From: an uncultured Oscillospiraceae bacterium | Lineage (GTDB): Bacteria > Bacillota > Clostridia > Christensenellales > CAG-314 | Direction of reading: 5' to 3' | NCBI GenBank assembly: GCA_964607155.1 | Contig: CAZSIF010000007.1 | Location: 21,808 to 85,807, forward strand | DNA length: 64,000 nt | In this document: one piece after another, positions 63,785 to 64,000 of the stretch | Layout of the letters: each line of letters opens with the position of its first letter | Numbering within the stretch: position 1 is the stretch's first letter | Notes under the pieces: generated by a model | The model's database searches: none | The model's input: only the letters and a program-made list of their open reading frames with translations | Told to the model about the DNA's origin: nothing | Made by a program: the position numbers and the translations under genes

Positions 63785-63837
63785 TTCGGGCGCAACGAAC
63801 CAACATCGAAACCTACTTATTAAAATGGTGATTTTAT

Positions 63838-64000
63838 ATGAGAATGAGATACAAAAAACATCTTGAAGAAAGAATGGCGGCAATAAACGACGTCCTTTTA
63901 CATCGAGAAGTTGAAGAATTTTACAAATTAACAGAAGAAGAAAAGAACTTTGTCGTTAGCCCAAAAGAGATTTTTGGCAACGACCATCCGCTGATTTTGG
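63838..64000 (+). CDS. trmB: tRNA (guanine-N7) methyltransferase, 5' end only (truncated by the window edge)
   Basis: translation MRMRYKKHLEERM...KEIFGNDHPLIL matches the TrmB N-terminus (MRMR...FGNDNPIxLEIG). Confidence 0.7.
   Translation, partial: MRMRYKKHLEERMAAINDVLLHREVEEFYKLTEEEKNFVVSPKEIFGNDHPLIL

Overview
Chromosomal window from a Firmicute, probably Clostridia (inferred from the CIRCE before groESL, the T-box before valS, a Gram-positive LexA box and a PdaB-like deacetylase). Most genes are housekeeping: dCMP deaminase, groES/groEL, pncB, lgt, valS, a NitT/TauT ABC transporter, hslO, asd/dapA/dapB, rnj-trmR-U32, ssb, tRNA-Asn, nadE and the start of trmB. Three things stand out. (1) A compact, intact ~10.7 kb podovirus/P22-like packaging and virion cluster (39896-50554) has no integrase, repressor, replication or lysis genes and is interrupted by host repeats. 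Upstream lie an iteron-like array and a RinA/ArpU-like activator preceded by a LexA box, making this a candidate domesticated, SOS-controlled gene transfer agent. (2) A very dense modular family of palindromic REP/REPIN-like repeats fills many intergenic gaps. (3) Several proteins are unusual: an Asd-DapA fusion, an XRE-HTH-NadE fusion, an extended Lgt, and long low-complexity extensions on RNase J, TrmR and others. All calls come from reading motifs by eye; no database searches were run and repeat coordinates are approximate.
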